A stretch of 64,000 nt of DNA, from contig CAVYOE010000001.1 in assembly GCA_963770155.1 (NCBI GenBank), positions 74,165-138,164 of the forward strand, in the 5' to 3' direction. The position numbers were made by a program, and so were the translations under genes. A model generated the notes under the pieces. That model worked only from the letters and a program-made list of their open reading frames with translations, was not told where the DNA came from and did not search any database. Origin of the DNA: an uncultured Solirubrobacterales bacterium. Its GTDB lineage: Bacteria; Actinomycetota; Thermoleophilia; Solirubrobacterales; 70-9. Below, piece after piece: positions 37,900 through 47,653 of this stretch (positions are counted from its first letter, which is position 1; every line of letters begins with the position of its first letter).

Positions 37900-38742
37900 A
37901 TGGACTTCCTCACCGATCCGTTCAGCGCCGAGTTCCTCCGCACCGGAGCGATCGCGGCGGCAGCCGTCGGCGTCCTCTGCGGCGTGGTCGGCTGTTACGT
38001 CCTGCTCCGGGGCCAGGCGCTCGTCGCCGACAGCCTCGCCCACGGCATCCTTCCCGGGATCGGAGTCGCCTTTCTGCTCACTGCCGGCGACGCAGGAGGC
38101 GAACCGAGCCAGGTGGCGCTGTCGATCGGGGCGGCAGTAGCGGGGCTGGCCACCGCTCTCGCCACCAACACGATCCTGAGGCGCAGCCCGCTCCGCGACG
38201 AGGCAGCCTCGGCGGTCGTCTTCGTCCTCATGCTCGCGCTCGGTGTCGTAGTCATCTCCCGTGCCGACGGGTACTCGGTCGACCTGACCTCGTTCCTGTT
38301 CGGGGACGTGCTCGGTGTGAGCGAGACCGAGGCAGCTGTGGCCGCCGCGCTGGTTGTCGGCGGGCTCGTGATCGTGGCCGCCGCCTACCGGCCACTGCTG
38401 CTGTTCGCCTTTGATCCGCGGCGGGCCGCCGCCGCGGGATTCAATGTCGAGCGGCTCAACCTGCTTTTGCTGGTGCTGGTGACGCTGACAGTGGTGGTCG
38501 GATTCCGGATCGTGGGCACCCTGCTGGTCCTCGGGCTGCTGTTGGCGCCACCGGCCGCGGCTGCCCTGGTCACCCGCCGGCTGCCGGCGATGATGGCGGT
38601 CTCGGCCGCGATCGCGGCTGCCAGCGCCCCGGCGGGCCTGCTGCTTTCCTGGCATCTCGACCTGGCAGCGGGCGCCTCCATCGTGCTCGTGTCGGTGGCG
38701 GTGTTCGTGGTTCTGCTGGTGGTCCGACCACAGCCACGGTAG
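37900..38742 (+). CDS. metal ABC transporter permease (ZnuB/MntC-like, ABC-3 family)
   Basis: 280 aa with about 8 TM helices. Contains the pattern DSLAHGILPGIGVAFLL typical of ABC-3 permeases. Confidence 0.85.
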   Translation: MDFLTDPFSAEFLRTGAIAAAAVGVLCGVVGCYVLLRGQALVADSLAHGILPGIGVAFLLTAGDAGGEPSQVALSIGAAVAGLATALATNTILRRSPLRDEAASAVVFVLMLALGVVVISRADGYSVDLTSFLFGDVLGVSETEAAVAAALVVGGLVIVAAAYRPLLLFAFDPRRAAAAGFNVERLNLLLLVLVTLTVVVGFRIVGTLLVLGLLLAPPAAAALVTRRLPAMMAVSAAIAAASAPAGLLLSWHLDLAAGASIVLVSVAVFVVLLVVRPQPR

Positions 38743-38777
38743 GCGGCCCATGGCCAACCCATCTTCATACTGGGCGG

Positions 38778-38924
38778 ATGCCGTTCCTGCTCGCGCACGC
38801 CGCCCACTGGATCATGTGGGCCGTCTACGCGGTCCCGATCCTCATCGTCCTCGCCGCGACGATCAACTCGATCCGCACCCAGAGGCGGGAGCAGCGCGGA
38901 GGGGGCCTGGCCCCGCGGGACTAG
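38778..38924 (+). CDS. possible small membrane protein (48 aa)
   Basis: My own translation: MPFLLAHAAHWIMWAVYAVPILIVLAATINSIRTQRREQRGGGLAPRD. It looks more protein-like than the track ORF 38750..38944. Confidence 0.25.
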   Translation: MPFLLAHAAHWIMWAVYAVPILIVLAATINSIRTQRREQRGGGLAPRD

Positions 38925-40048
38925 CCGGCGGAGAGGACTTCTGAGAGACGCCGCTCGAGCGCCTCGGAGATCGAGTCGCGGACGGGGCCCTTCGGCAGTC
39001 GCTCGACCAGGGCTTCGAGGAACCCCTCGATGATCACGCGTTTCGCCGCGGCATCGCTGAGTCCGCGGCTGCGCAGGTAATAGAGCTGCTCGGCGTCGAC
39101 CTGAGCCACCGCGGCGGCGTGGGTGCAGCGGACGTCGTCGGCCTCGATCTCAAGCCCCGGAATCGCGTCGGCGTGGGCGCTCTTCGAAAGGAGCAGATTT
39201 CTCGATTCCTGAAATGCGTCGGTCTTCTGGGCGCCGGGGTCGACCTTGATCATCCCGCGCCAGACCGCGGTTGCCGTTTCTTCGAGCACCCCGCGGAAGG
39301 CCAGGTCTGAGGTAGTCGAGGGGGCTGCGTGCTCCTGGGTTGTGTCGTAGTCGAGGTGCTGCGAGCCGTTGCCGGCATAGGCCCCGGTCACACGAGCACT
39401 CGAGCCCTCGCCGGCCAGGCGGGTCTCCATCCGCACCTTGCCGCGTGCCGAGCCGAATCCGAGCGCCACCCACTCGAAGTGCGCGTCGCGCTCGACCTCA
39501 GCCCGCTGGGTTGCGAACACCCAGCTCTTCTCGGAGAGCTCCTGCTGGCAGATGTAGCGCAGGTTGGAGTCCGGCCCCGCGACCAGCTCGACCACTCCAT
39601 TGAAGAGCGCGTCGAGATCTTCTCCCGCCGATTCGTACCGCTCCCAGACCTCGGCCTCGGCACCTTCCTCGAGGATGACCAGGGTGCGCCAGTGCAGGGC
39701 GCTCCCGTCCTCGCTCTGCCGGATCGTGATCTCGACCGGCTGTTCCAGCCGCTTGCCCGCCGGGACGTAGACGAAAGCTCCCTGGCTCCAGGCGGCCGCG
39801 TTGCGGGCCACGAAGGGGTCTTCGGCCGGGACCAGCGATCCGAGCCGCTGCTCGACCACGTCACCAAAGCGTTCGACGGCAACCGCGAGTGGCATCACCA
39901 CGGGTTCGTCGAGGGAGGCGGCTTCCGCGCCGAGCCCTTCGATCTCGCCGTCGGCCTTCCCATAGGCCTCGGGATCGAGCCCGGTGAGGTCGGTGAACTC
40001 CCAGCCTTTCGTCTTTTGGTCTGGAAGCGGAGGGGCTTCGACCGGCAT
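38921..40048 (-). CDS. sufD: Fe-S cluster assembly protein SufD
   Basis: The C-terminal beta-helix region and ...RSRGLSDAAAKRVIIEGF are typical of SufD. The gene abuts the sufB stop. Confidence 0.9.
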   Translation of the reverse strand: MPVEAPPLPDQKTKGWEFTDLTGLDPEAYGKADGEIEGLGAEAASLDEPVVMPLAVAVERFGDVVEQRLGSLVPAEDPFVARNAAAWSQGAFVYVPAGKRLEQPVEITIRQSEDGSALHWRTLVILEEGAEAEVWERYESAGEDLDALFNGVVELVAGPDSNLRYICQQELSEKSWVFATQRAEVERDAHFEWVALGFGSARGKVRMETRLAGEGSSARVTGAYAGNGSQHLDYDTTQEHAAPSTTSDLAFRGVLEETATAVWRGMIKVDPGAQKTDAFQESRNLLLSKSAHADAIPGLEIEADDVRCTHAAAVAQVDAEQLYYLRSRGLSDAAAKRVIIEGFLEALVERLPKGPVRDSISEALERRLSEVLSAG

Positions 40049-41491
40049 CTAGCCGATCGAGCCTTCCATCTGCAATTCGATCAGCCGGTTGAGCTCGACT
40101 GCGTACTCCATCGGCAGCTCTTTGGTCACCGGCTCGATGAAGCCGTTGACGATCATCTTTGAGGCTTCCTCCTCGTCGAGGCCGCGGCTCTGCAGATAGA
40201 AGAGCTGTTCGTCGCCGATCTTGGAGACCGTCGCCTCGTGGCCGACGTTGACGTCATCCTCGCCGATCCGGATGGTCGGATAGGTGTCGGAGCGCGACTC
40301 TTCGTCCAGCAGCAGCGCGTCGCAGACAACCTTGGACCGTGCCTCGGTCGCGCCCTTGGCGATCTCGAGCAGCCCGCGGTAGGTGCCGCGCCCGCCGTCC
40401 TTGGAGATCGACTTCGAGAAGATCGAGGAAGTCGTCTTCGGCGCCACGTGGATGATCTTGCCGCCGGCGTCCTGGTGCTGGCCGGCGCCGGCAAAGGCGA
40501 TCGAGAGCACCTCGCCGTGGGCTCGCTCGCCCATCAGGTAGATGCTCGGGTACTTCATGGTCAGCTTCGAGCCCAGGTTGCAGTCGACCCATTCGACCGT
40601 TGCGTCCTCCTGGGCGATGGCCCGCTTGGTGACCAGGTTGTAGACGTTCTGGGACCAGTTCTGGACCGTCGTGTAGCGGAGCCTAGAGCTGGGCTTGGCG
40701 ACCAGCTCGACCACGGCGGAGTGGAGCGAGTCGGTCGAATAGACCGGGGCGGTGCAGCCCTCGATGTAGTGCACGTCCGAGCCCTCCTCGGCGATGATCA
40801 GGGTCCGCTCGAACTGGCCCATGTTCTCGGTGTTGATCCGGAAGTAGGCCTGCAGCGGCATCTCGACCTTGACGCCCTTAGGCACGTAGACGAAGGAGCC
40901 GCCCGACCAGACGGCGCTGTTCAGCGCGGCGAGCTTGTTGTCGTTCGGGGGGATCACCGTCGCCCAGTACTCGCGCACGAGGTCTTCATGCTCGCGAAGA
41001 GCCGTGTCCATGTCGGTGAAGATCACGCCCTGCTCCTCGAGCTTTTCGTTGACCTGGTGGTAGACGACCTCGGACTCATACTGCGCGCCGACCCCGGCGA
41101 GGAACTTGCGCTCCGCTTCAGGGATGCCCAGCTTGTCGAAGGTGTTCTTGATGTCCTCGGGGACCTCGCTCCAGTCTCGGCTGTTCTTCTCCGAGGCGCG
41201 GACGAAGTAGTGGATGTCGTCGAAGTCGATCTGGTTCAGGTTGCCGCCCCACTGCGGCGTCGGGCGCGACTCCCAGTGCTCGTAGGCCTTGAGGCGGAAG
41301 TCGCGCATCCATTTCGGCTCGTCCTTGTATTCGGAGATCGCCTCGACGACTTCGCGGGAGAGGCCCTTGGGCGCCTTGTAGGCGTAGCCCTCCTCCGAGT
41401 CGTGGAAGCCGAACTTCTCCTTGTAGTCGGCACCGATGTCGCGGAGGCCGTCCTGCTCGCGCTGCTTCGCAATTGTCTCTGGGGTGGCCAT
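40049..41491 (-). CDS. sufB: Fe-S cluster assembly protein SufB
   Basis: [47 protein letters not shown]. 480 aa. Confidence 0.95.
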   Translation of the reverse strand: MATPETIAKQREQDGLRDIGADYKEKFGFHDSEEGYAYKAPKGLSREVVEAISEYKDEPKWMRDFRLKAYEHWESRPTPQWGGNLNQIDFDDIHYFVRASEKNSRDWSEVPEDIKNTFDKLGIPEAERKFLAGVGAQYESEVVYHQVNEKLEEQGVIFTDMDTALREHEDLVREYWATVIPPNDNKLAALNSAVWSGGSFVYVPKGVKVEMPLQAYFRINTENMGQFERTLIIAEEGSDVHYIEGCTAPVYSTDSLHSAVVELVAKPSSRLRYTTVQNWSQNVYNLVTKRAIAQEDATVEWVDCNLGSKLTMKYPSIYLMGERAHGEVLSIAFAGAGQHQDAGGKIIHVAPKTTSSIFSKSISKDGGRGTYRGLLEIAKGATEARSKVVCDALLLDEESRSDTYPTIRIGEDDVNVGHEATVSKIGDEQLFYLQSRGLDEEEASKMIVNGFIEPVTKELPMEYAVELNRLIELQMEGSIG

Positions 41492-41619
41492 GTGGTTAGT
41501 TGATCGTAGAGGGACGGGTGGGCGTTGACGGTGTGAGGTCTATTCCTACCCGTGAGGTCGGATTTTAGCGGACCGCCCCGTGTTGCTCCGAGGGCTGCCC
41601 CCGCCGGGGGCACGGCGGC

Positions 41620-41946
41620 TCAGATAGCTACTTTGATCACGCCGTCCTCGACCGCCACCGGGAAGGTGTCCACCGGCTGGTAGGCGGGCAGCGTCTTCGG
41701 CCGCCCGGAGGTGAGATCGAACAAGGACCCGTGGCGCGGGCACTCGACCGTGCAGGCGGAGGCATCGAATTCGCCCTCGGCAAGCGGACCGTCATCGTGG
41801 GAGCAGCGGTCCTCGATTGCGTATAGCTCGCCGGCGCAGTTGAAGACGCCGATCTTGCGACCGTCGGCAGTCTCGACCAGACGCATCTCGCCGTCAGGCA
41901 GTTCGCCCTCGGGACAGACCTCGATCTTCTCGGATGGGTCGCTCAT
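41620..41946 (-). CDS. Rieske [2Fe-2S] ferredoxin (suf-associated)
   Basis: CSHDDGPL ... CPRHGSLF (CxH...CxxH). 108 aa. Only the C-terminal part of ORF 41620..42627 is coding. Confidence 0.85.
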   Translation of the reverse strand: MSDPSEKIEVCPEGELPDGEMRLVETADGRKIGVFNCAGELYAIEDRCSHDDGPLAEGEFDASACTVECPRHGSLFDLTSGRPKTLPAYQPVDTFPVAVEDGVIKVAI

Positions 41947-41964
41947 CGGTCCCGACAAGATAGG

Positions 41965-42564
41965 TTGCGCGGCGTGCTGATCGTCTTGATCCTGATCGGG
42001 GTGGCGGTGGCCGTCGGCCTGTTCGTGTGGTTGACCTATAACCGCATGGTCGCTCGCCGCCAGGGGGTGGACAACAGCTGGGCGCAGATCGAGGCGGCGC
42101 TGCAGCGGCGGCACGACCTTATCCCCAACCTGGTCGAGGCGGTCAAGGGCTACGCGCAGCACGAGCGCGCCACCTTCGAGGAAACGACCCGCGCCCGCGC
42201 CGCCGCCGAGTCGGCCAGCGGTCCGCAAGACGCCTCGGCAGCAGAGGGGACCCTGACCGCGATGATCGGGCGGCTGATGGCGGTCGCCGAGCAGTATCCG
42301 GAGCTGCGCGCGACCGAGAACTTCCAGCAGCTGCAGGCCAGCTTGTCGGAGACCGAGGACCAGATCCAGATCACGCGTCGCGTCTACAACGACACGGTCC
42401 AGACCTACAACACCCTGATCCAGATCTTCCCGCCGAACCTGGTCGCCCGCGCCTTCAACTTCGAGGCCCGCGAGTTCTTCGACGCGCCGACCGAGGCCGA
42501 TGCGGCGCCGGAGGTGCAGTTCGGCGGCGGTGCCGGCGGCGCGGAGGCTCCACCCCAGCGGTGA
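41965..42564 (+). CDS. lemA: LemA family protein
   Basis: N-terminal TM helix, then YNRMVARRQGVDNSWAQIEAALQRRHDLIPNLVE...YPELRATENF...RRVYNDTVQTYN. Confidence 0.9.
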   Translation: MRGVLIVLILIGVAVAVGLFVWLTYNRMVARRQGVDNSWAQIEAALQRRHDLIPNLVEAVKGYAQHERATFEETTRARAAAESASGPQDASAAEGTLTAMIGRLMAVAEQYPELRATENFQQLQASLSETEDQIQITRRVYNDTVQTYNTLIQIFPPNLVARAFNFEAREFFDAPTEADAAPEVQFGGGAGGAEAPPQR

Positions 42565-44393
42565 GCCAACTCCGTCGCTCAATGGCGGGGCTGCTGGCCG
42601 GGGTCGCCCTCCTGGTGCTGCCGGCATCGGCGCAGGCGCGGAGCGCCGATGTCGTCGACGCGGCGGTGAGCCTGAAGTTGGCTCCGGATGCGACGCTGCT
42701 GGTATCCGAGCGGCTCACCTTTGATTACGAAGGCGAGTTCCACGCGTCTTACCGGGACATCCCGCTCGATGCCGGCCAGACGGTGAGCGACGTCCAGATC
42801 AGGGAAAAGGGGCGCGTCTACCGGCCCGGCGGCTGCACCGTGGTGGGTTGCACAGACGAGACCGGCCGCTTCGGGCTGGACCAGGCACCCGGGGGCGGCA
42901 TCAGGATCGTCTGGCACCACAATGCCGCGGACCAGGAGCGGACCTTCGTTGTCTCCTACGGCGTCGACAAGGAGGCCGTTGCCTACGACGACGTGATCGA
43001 CGTCTACTGGAAGGTCTGGGGAGACCAGTGGGACTTCGATCTGGCCAAGCTCCAGGCTGAGTTCGTCGACCCCGCGCTTGACCCGGCGAACGACCTGTAT
43101 CGGGTCTGGGGCCACCCCCGGGAGGTCGAGGGAGAGACCTTCCGCGATCAGGGGGTCGCCCGGCTCGAAGCCGAGGACATTTCCGACCACCAGTTCGCCG
43201 AGCTGCGGGTGACGATTCCGCGCACGCCGGGCCAGGGAATCGGCGCGGCCCGCCACGGGGAGGGTGAGGGCCTGGCCGGGATTCTCGACGAGGAGCAAGA
43301 GGCGGACGACGACTACAACTCGGCATTCAACAAGGCAAAACGGTGGCTCACCGACAAAGCCGGCGCCCTCTCGGTCGCGCTTGCTGTGATGGCGCTCTTC
43401 CTGCTCGGCGGCTTGCGCTGGCTCACCCGTGAGCACCCGATTTCGGTGCCCGAACATCTGCCCGAGCCGCCCGACGACGCCAGTCCGGCGCTTGCCTACG
43501 GACTCGCGCACGAAGGAAGCGACAGCTCGGACACCGTGCTGGCGACCCTTCTCGACCTGACTGAGCGCGGCTACTACGACTCTGACGAGACGACGACCGA
43601 GGATGAAAAGCTCGACCTCTCGATCAAGAAGTCATCGAAGCGGCCGAGCGCCGAGAAGCTGGAACCGCACGAGAAGGAGGTGCTCGGCTTCTTCGACGCG
43701 CTGATCGAGTCGGACACTGTCGCCCTCAGCGAAATGAAGGACCGGATCCCCGAGCACGACTCCACCTGGCGCAGCCGGTGGGAGGGAATGACCGGGGCCC
43801 TGAACGACGTCGACGAAGGCAAGCTCCAGTGGGACCTGAAGCTCGCCTGGGTCAAGGCGCTGATCGCCCTCGGGCTCCTGATCAGCTTCGGATTGATCAT
43901 TGCCGCCTACATCGCGGTCGACGAGACTTTCCCCCTGGGCGTTGCCGCGATCGGGATCATCGTTTTCTGCGTGGTCGTGGTCAGCTCGAACAAGAAACTG
44001 AGGCGGCTCGCGCCTGACTATCGGGAGCGAAGCGCGCGGTGGCAGGCCTTCGAGAAGTGGACCAAGGACTTCCCCAGCCTCAAGGACGACCCTCCCGCGA
44101 CTCTCGACCTGTGGAAGAAGATCCTGATCTATGGAGTTGCTTTCGGCACCGCCGAGCGGATGATCAAGTCGGGCCGGATCCCGGCGCCGGTTGCCGAAGC
44201 AACCTCAGCCGGCTGGAGCCACTACTACTTCACGGGCGGGGGCGGCAGCGGAGACTTCGCGATCGACGCCAGCTCGTTCAGCTCCGGCTTCTCCTCCCAA
44301 GTCGCGCCCGAGTCGAGCAGCAGCGGAGGCGGGGGCGGCTTCAGCGGGGGAGGCGGCGGGGGAGGCGGAGGTGGCGGGGGCGGCAGCTGGTAG
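42561..44393 (+). CDS. DUF2207 domain membrane protein
   Basis: Signal peptide, then F.YEGEFH..YRDIPL, internal TM helices and a Gly-rich tail SSSGGGGGFSGGGGGGGGGGGGGSW. GTGA overlap with lemA. Confidence 0.8.
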   Translation: MSQLRRSMAGLLAGVALLVLPASAQARSADVVDAAVSLKLAPDATLLVSERLTFDYEGEFHASYRDIPLDAGQTVSDVQIREKGRVYRPGGCTVVGCTDETGRFGLDQAPGGGIRIVWHHNAADQERTFVVSYGVDKEAVAYDDVIDVYWKVWGDQWDFDLAKLQAEFVDPALDPANDLYRVWGHPREVEGETFRDQGVARLEAEDISDHQFAELRVTIPRTPGQGIGAARHGEGEGLAGILDEEQEADDDYNSAFNKAKRWLTDKAGALSVALAVMALFLLGGLRWLTREHPISVPEHLPEPPDDASPALAYGLAHEGSDSSDTVLATLLDLTERGYYDSDETTTEDEKLDLSIKKSSKRPSAEKLEPHEKEVLGFFDALIESDTVALSEMKDRIPEHDSTWRSRWEGMTGALNDVDEGKLQWDLKLAWVKALIALGLLISFGLIIAAYIAVDETFPLGVAAIGIIVFCVVVVSSNKKLRRLAPDYRERSARWQAFEKWTKDFPSLKDDPPATLDLWKKILIYGVAFGTAERMIKSGRIPAPVAEATSAGWSHYYFTGGGGSGDFAIDASSFSSGFSSQVAPESSSSGGGGGFSGGGGGGGGGGGGGSW

Positions 44394-44411
44394 CTGTCGC
44401 GGAGGTGGCGC

Positions 44412-45941
44412 CTAGGAGCCGTATCCCGGCAGCAGCGACCAGATCGTCACCGGTAGTGGGCCGAGCGGGGGCGGCGGCTGGGCCGGCGGGGCAATGTCCT
44501 TCAGGCTTGCGCGGGCAGCCGGCGACAGGAAGCCGCTACGGATCCGCTGTGGATGGTTGCCGGTCGGGATTTCTGCGACTTCCTTGCGGAGGTCATACGA
44601 GAACACCGACATTGAGTCGCTCCCACTCCAGGAGACGTAGCAGTAGCGGCCGTCTCGGCTGGTCGTGGCCCAGTAGGGCTTCTTGCCCTCTTTGTGGATG
44701 GTGTAGTTGCTGAAATCGTCGCGGTCGACCATCGCGGCGTAGTCGGACATCGTCCCGGCGACGCAGAGTCGGTCGTTGGCGCCGTTGATCGCGATCCCGT
44801 GGTGGGCTGAGTCGAGCAAGTAGAGCTCCCGAGGCATCCCGTTGGTGTAGTCGGGGAGGTTCGCCACGCGCAGGACCTTGTCATTGACATTGTCGTACTC
44901 GAGGAAGCCGTGGAAGAAGGAGACCTGCATGAAGATGCGGCTCTCGTCGCGGGTGATCGCCATCGGCCGCACGGCGGAGCTCATGTTGGGATAGCCCGCC
45001 TCGGCCGCCTTCTGGCCGATGTCGATTCGCTTGATCAGCTCGTTCGGAGGGTCGGCCTTGTTGACCTGGAAGTAGCGGGCGCCCTTGGTGCTGTTGAAGA
45101 GGGGATTGTCGAGTGGTGTGTAGACGAGTCCGATGCTGGCGTGGTAGATCCGCTCGCCATCCTCGGAGTAGGTGTTCTCGTGCGGCGAGTCGCCGGAGGG
45201 GAACTGGCCGACCTCCTGTCCGGTCTGCACGTCCAAGATGTGCACGACGTTGCCGGTGGAGGCGGAGACCGCAACGTGACGACCGTCCGGCGAGATCGCC
45301 ATGTGGTCGGAGCGCTGGCCCGCCACCGGGAAGCGCCACTCGATCTCGCCGGTGCTGATCCGGAGCCCGATTACGTCCGCGAAGCTCGGACGGGAAACGA
45401 TCAGCAGCTCGCCGTCGTTGGAGGTGTACATGTCGTCGAGGTACTGGTTGTTGCCCTCCCCGACGGCCTGCTGGATCAGGAGGAAGTAGACGAGCCGCAC
45501 CGGGTTGAGCACGATCTCGGCGATCCGCTGGTCCAGATCGGGGATGATGTTGAGCCGGCCGAGGCGCCTCAGGCTGACCGGCTCGTCGGCGCGGCTGCCG
45601 GCGGCGCGCGCGGCGCGGCGCTTGCGCTTTGCGCGCCTGCACTTGCGCTTCGCGGCCTTGCGGCTGCCCTTTCCGCGGGCCCGCTTGCGAGCCTTGCGGC
45701 ACTTCTTCCTTGCCTTTTTCGCCTGGTTGCTGAGCGAGGTTCCGGCCGGGGAGCCGGCTGCCGGCGCGGTCATCTCGAGCACGTCGGCGGTCCCCTCCCA
45801 GTTGTTGCCGACGAAGATGACTTCCTTGTGCGCTTCCTGGGCGTTCGCGCGCGGGGAGAGTACGCCAAGCAGCGCCAGCGCGACCGCAGCCAGGGCAAGC
45901 GCCAGCACCCACGTCCTACTCCTCGTAGCCACCCAAGTCAT
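44412..45941 (-). CDS. secreted YncE/lactonase-like beta-propeller protein with inserted K/R-rich Cys module
   Basis: Signal peptide ..LSPRANAQE. Repeated propeller-like strands (DHMAISPDGRHVAVSAS, HENTYSEDGERIYHAS, YWATTSRDGRYCYVSWS). Starts 12 nt after the sufU stop. Confidence 0.6.
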   Translation of the reverse strand: MTWVATRSRTWVLALALAAVALALLGVLSPRANAQEAHKEVIFVGNNWEGTADVLEMTAPAAGSPAGTSLSNQAKKARKKCRKARKRARGKGSRKAAKRKCRRAKRKRRAARAAGSRADEPVSLRRLGRLNIIPDLDQRIAEIVLNPVRLVYFLLIQQAVGEGNNQYLDDMYTSNDGELLIVSRPSFADVIGLRISTGEIEWRFPVAGQRSDHMAISPDGRHVAVSASTGNVVHILDVQTGQEVGQFPSGDSPHENTYSEDGERIYHASIGLVYTPLDNPLFNSTKGARYFQVNKADPPNELIKRIDIGQKAAEAGYPNMSSAVRPMAITRDESRIFMQVSFFHGFLEYDNVNDKVLRVANLPDYTNGMPRELYLLDSAHHGIAINGANDRLCVAGTMSDYAAMVDRDDFSNYTIHKEGKKPYWATTSRDGRYCYVSWSGSDSMSVFSYDLRKEVAEIPTGNHPQRIRSGFLSPAARASLKDIAPPAQPPPPLGPLPVTIWSLLPGYGS

Positions 45942-45953
45942 GCGGGGAAAAGC

Positions 45954-46379
45954 CTAGAGGACCGACGCCTCAGATGGGTCACCTTGCTCGCCCTCGTCCT
46001 CCCAGTCGACGGGCTTGCCGAGGCTGGCCCCCTTGACCACCTTGAGCCCAAGCAGCGCGCACTTCATGCGGGTGGCCGAGATCTCGATCCCCAGCAGCTC
46101 GAGCACGAATTGCTTGTCGAGCCTGAGCAGCTCCTCCCGGGTCATCCCGGCGAGCTCGTCGGTCAGCAATGAGGTGGCGGCGGTCGAGATTGCGCAGCCC
46201 TTGCCGTCGAAGCTGATCGCGGCCACCTTCTGGTCGTCGCCGAGCTTGATGAACACGTGCTGCTCGTCCCCGCAGAAGGGGTTCGTGTCCTCGAACTCGA
46301 GGTCGAAGTCGTCGAGCGGGCCGAAGTTGTGCGGCCGCTTGTAGTGCTCGAGGATCTGGTCGCGGTAGAGCTCGTCCAT
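45954..46379 (-). CDS. sufU: SUF-type Fe-S scaffold SufU (NifU-like)
   Basis: LYRDQILEHYKRPHNFG, NPFCGD, DGKGCAIS, RMKCALL. The ATG overlaps the sufS stop by 1 nt. Confidence 0.9.
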   Translation of the reverse strand: MDELYRDQILEHYKRPHNFGPLDDFDLEFEDTNPFCGDEQHVFIKLGDDQKVAAISFDGKGCAISTAATSLLTDELAGMTREELLRLDKQFVLELLGIEISATRMKCALLGLKVVKGASLGKPVDWEDEGEQGDPSEASVL

Positions 46380-47653
46380 CAGTCGAGCTCGAACACGCGG
46401 CGCGTCTCGGCCAGCGCCTCGACCAGGCGGTCGATCTCTTCGCGGGTCGTGTAGACGCCGAAGCTCGCCCGGGCAGTCGCGGCGACGCCGAGTCGCTCCA
46501 TCAGCGGCTGGGCGCAGTGGTGCCCGGCGCGGACCGCGATCCCGTGCCGGTCGAGAACCTCGGAAACGTCGTGGGCGTGAACGCCTGCGAGCTCGAACGA
46601 GACCGGTCCGACCCGCTCGGCATCGCGGGGAGGACCGAACACGGTCAACCCCTCGACCTCGGCCAGCTGCTCGAGCGCATAGTCGGCGATCTCGCGCTCG
46701 TGCGCGAGGACGGCGTCCATGCCGAGCAGGTCGAGCCAGCGCAGGGCCGACGCGAAACCGATCGCCTGTGTGATCGCCGGAGTGCCGGCCTCGAACCGGG
46801 CCGGCGGATCCGCGTAAGTCGTCCCCTCGGTGGTCACCTTCTTGATCATCGAGCCGCCGCCGAGGAACGGGGGCATCTCGCGGAGCAGGCTGAGCCGCCC
46901 CCACAGCGCCCCGATCCCGGTCGGCCCGTAGAGCTTGTGGCCGGTGAGGGCATAGAAGTCGACCCCGAGCTCGGCCATGTCGAGCGGGTACTTCGGCGCG
47001 GCCTGGGCGCCGTCGGCCAGGACCATTGCTCCGGCCTCGTGGGCGAGTCGCGCGATCTCGGGAAGGGGGTTGGTCGTCCCGAGCACGTTGGAAACGTGCG
47101 CGACCGCGACCAGCTTCGGCCCGCGCTCGAGCAGCTGCCGGAGCTGGGCCATGTCGAGCAGGCCCTCGTCGGTGACGGGGACCCAGTCGATCTCGGCGCC
47201 GACCGTCTCGGCGAGCTGCTGCCACGGGACGACGTTGGAGTGGTGCTCCATCTCGGTCAGCAGGATCCGGTCGCCGGAGCCGATGTTGTCGGCGCCCCAG
47301 CTGCGGGCGACCAGGTTGATCGCCTCGGTCGCGTTGCGGACGAAGATCACCTCGCGCCGGTCGGCGGCGCCGAGGTGGTCGGCAACCGTCGCCCGCGCTC
47401 CTTCATAGGCCGCGGTTGCCTCGGCCGAAAGCGTGTGCGAGCCACGGTGGACGTTGGAGTGGTGGCTGCGCTCGTAGCGGTCGACGGCCTGGATCGACGC
47501 GAGCACCCGCTGCGAGCTGGCGCCGCTGTCGAGGTATGCGAGCGGCTCGCCGTTGACCTCCCGGGTGAGCGCCGGGAAGGCCGCGCGGACCTTGGCGAGA
47601 TCGAACGTCGCTGCCCCCGCCGTGGCCGCGGTGTCGGCGGTTGCCGGCTTCAC
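46379..47653 (-). CDS. sufS: cysteine desulfurase SufS
   Basis: HHSNVVPWQ, LTGHKLYGPTGIGALWG (PLP lysine), RAGHHCAQPL (active-site Cys). 424 aa. Confidence 0.93.
   Translation of the reverse strand: MKPATADTAATAGAATFDLAKVRAAFPALTREVNGEPLAYLDSGASSQRVLASIQAVDRYERSHHSNVHRGSHTLSAEATAAYEGARATVADHLGAADRREVIFVRNATEAINLVARSWGADNIGSGDRILLTEMEHHSNVVPWQQLAETVGAEIDWVPVTDEGLLDMAQLRQLLERGPKLVAVAHVSNVLGTTNPLPEIARLAHEAGAMVLADGAQAAPKYPLDMAELGVDFYALTGHKLYGPTGIGALWGRLSLLREMPPFLGGGSMIKKVTTEGTTYADPPARFEAGTPAITQAIGFASALRWLDLLGMDAVLAHEREIADYALEQLAEVEGLTVFGPPRDAERVGPVSFELAGVHAHDVSEVLDRHGIAVRAGHHCAQPLMERLGVAATARASFGVYTTREEIDRLVEALAETRRVFELD

Noticed and set aside
38750-38944. 64-aa track ORF downstream of the permease gene
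   Set aside because: The translation is R/P/G-rich. An alternative 48-aa hydrophobic ORF in another frame (38778..38924) is more plausible, and even that has low confidence.
44320-44393. G-rich near-repeat (ggcggggga ggcggaggtggcggggg...)
   Set aside because: It encodes the poly-Gly C-terminal tail typical of DUF2207 proteins. It is not a DNA repeat element or G-quadruplex regulatory site that I can support.
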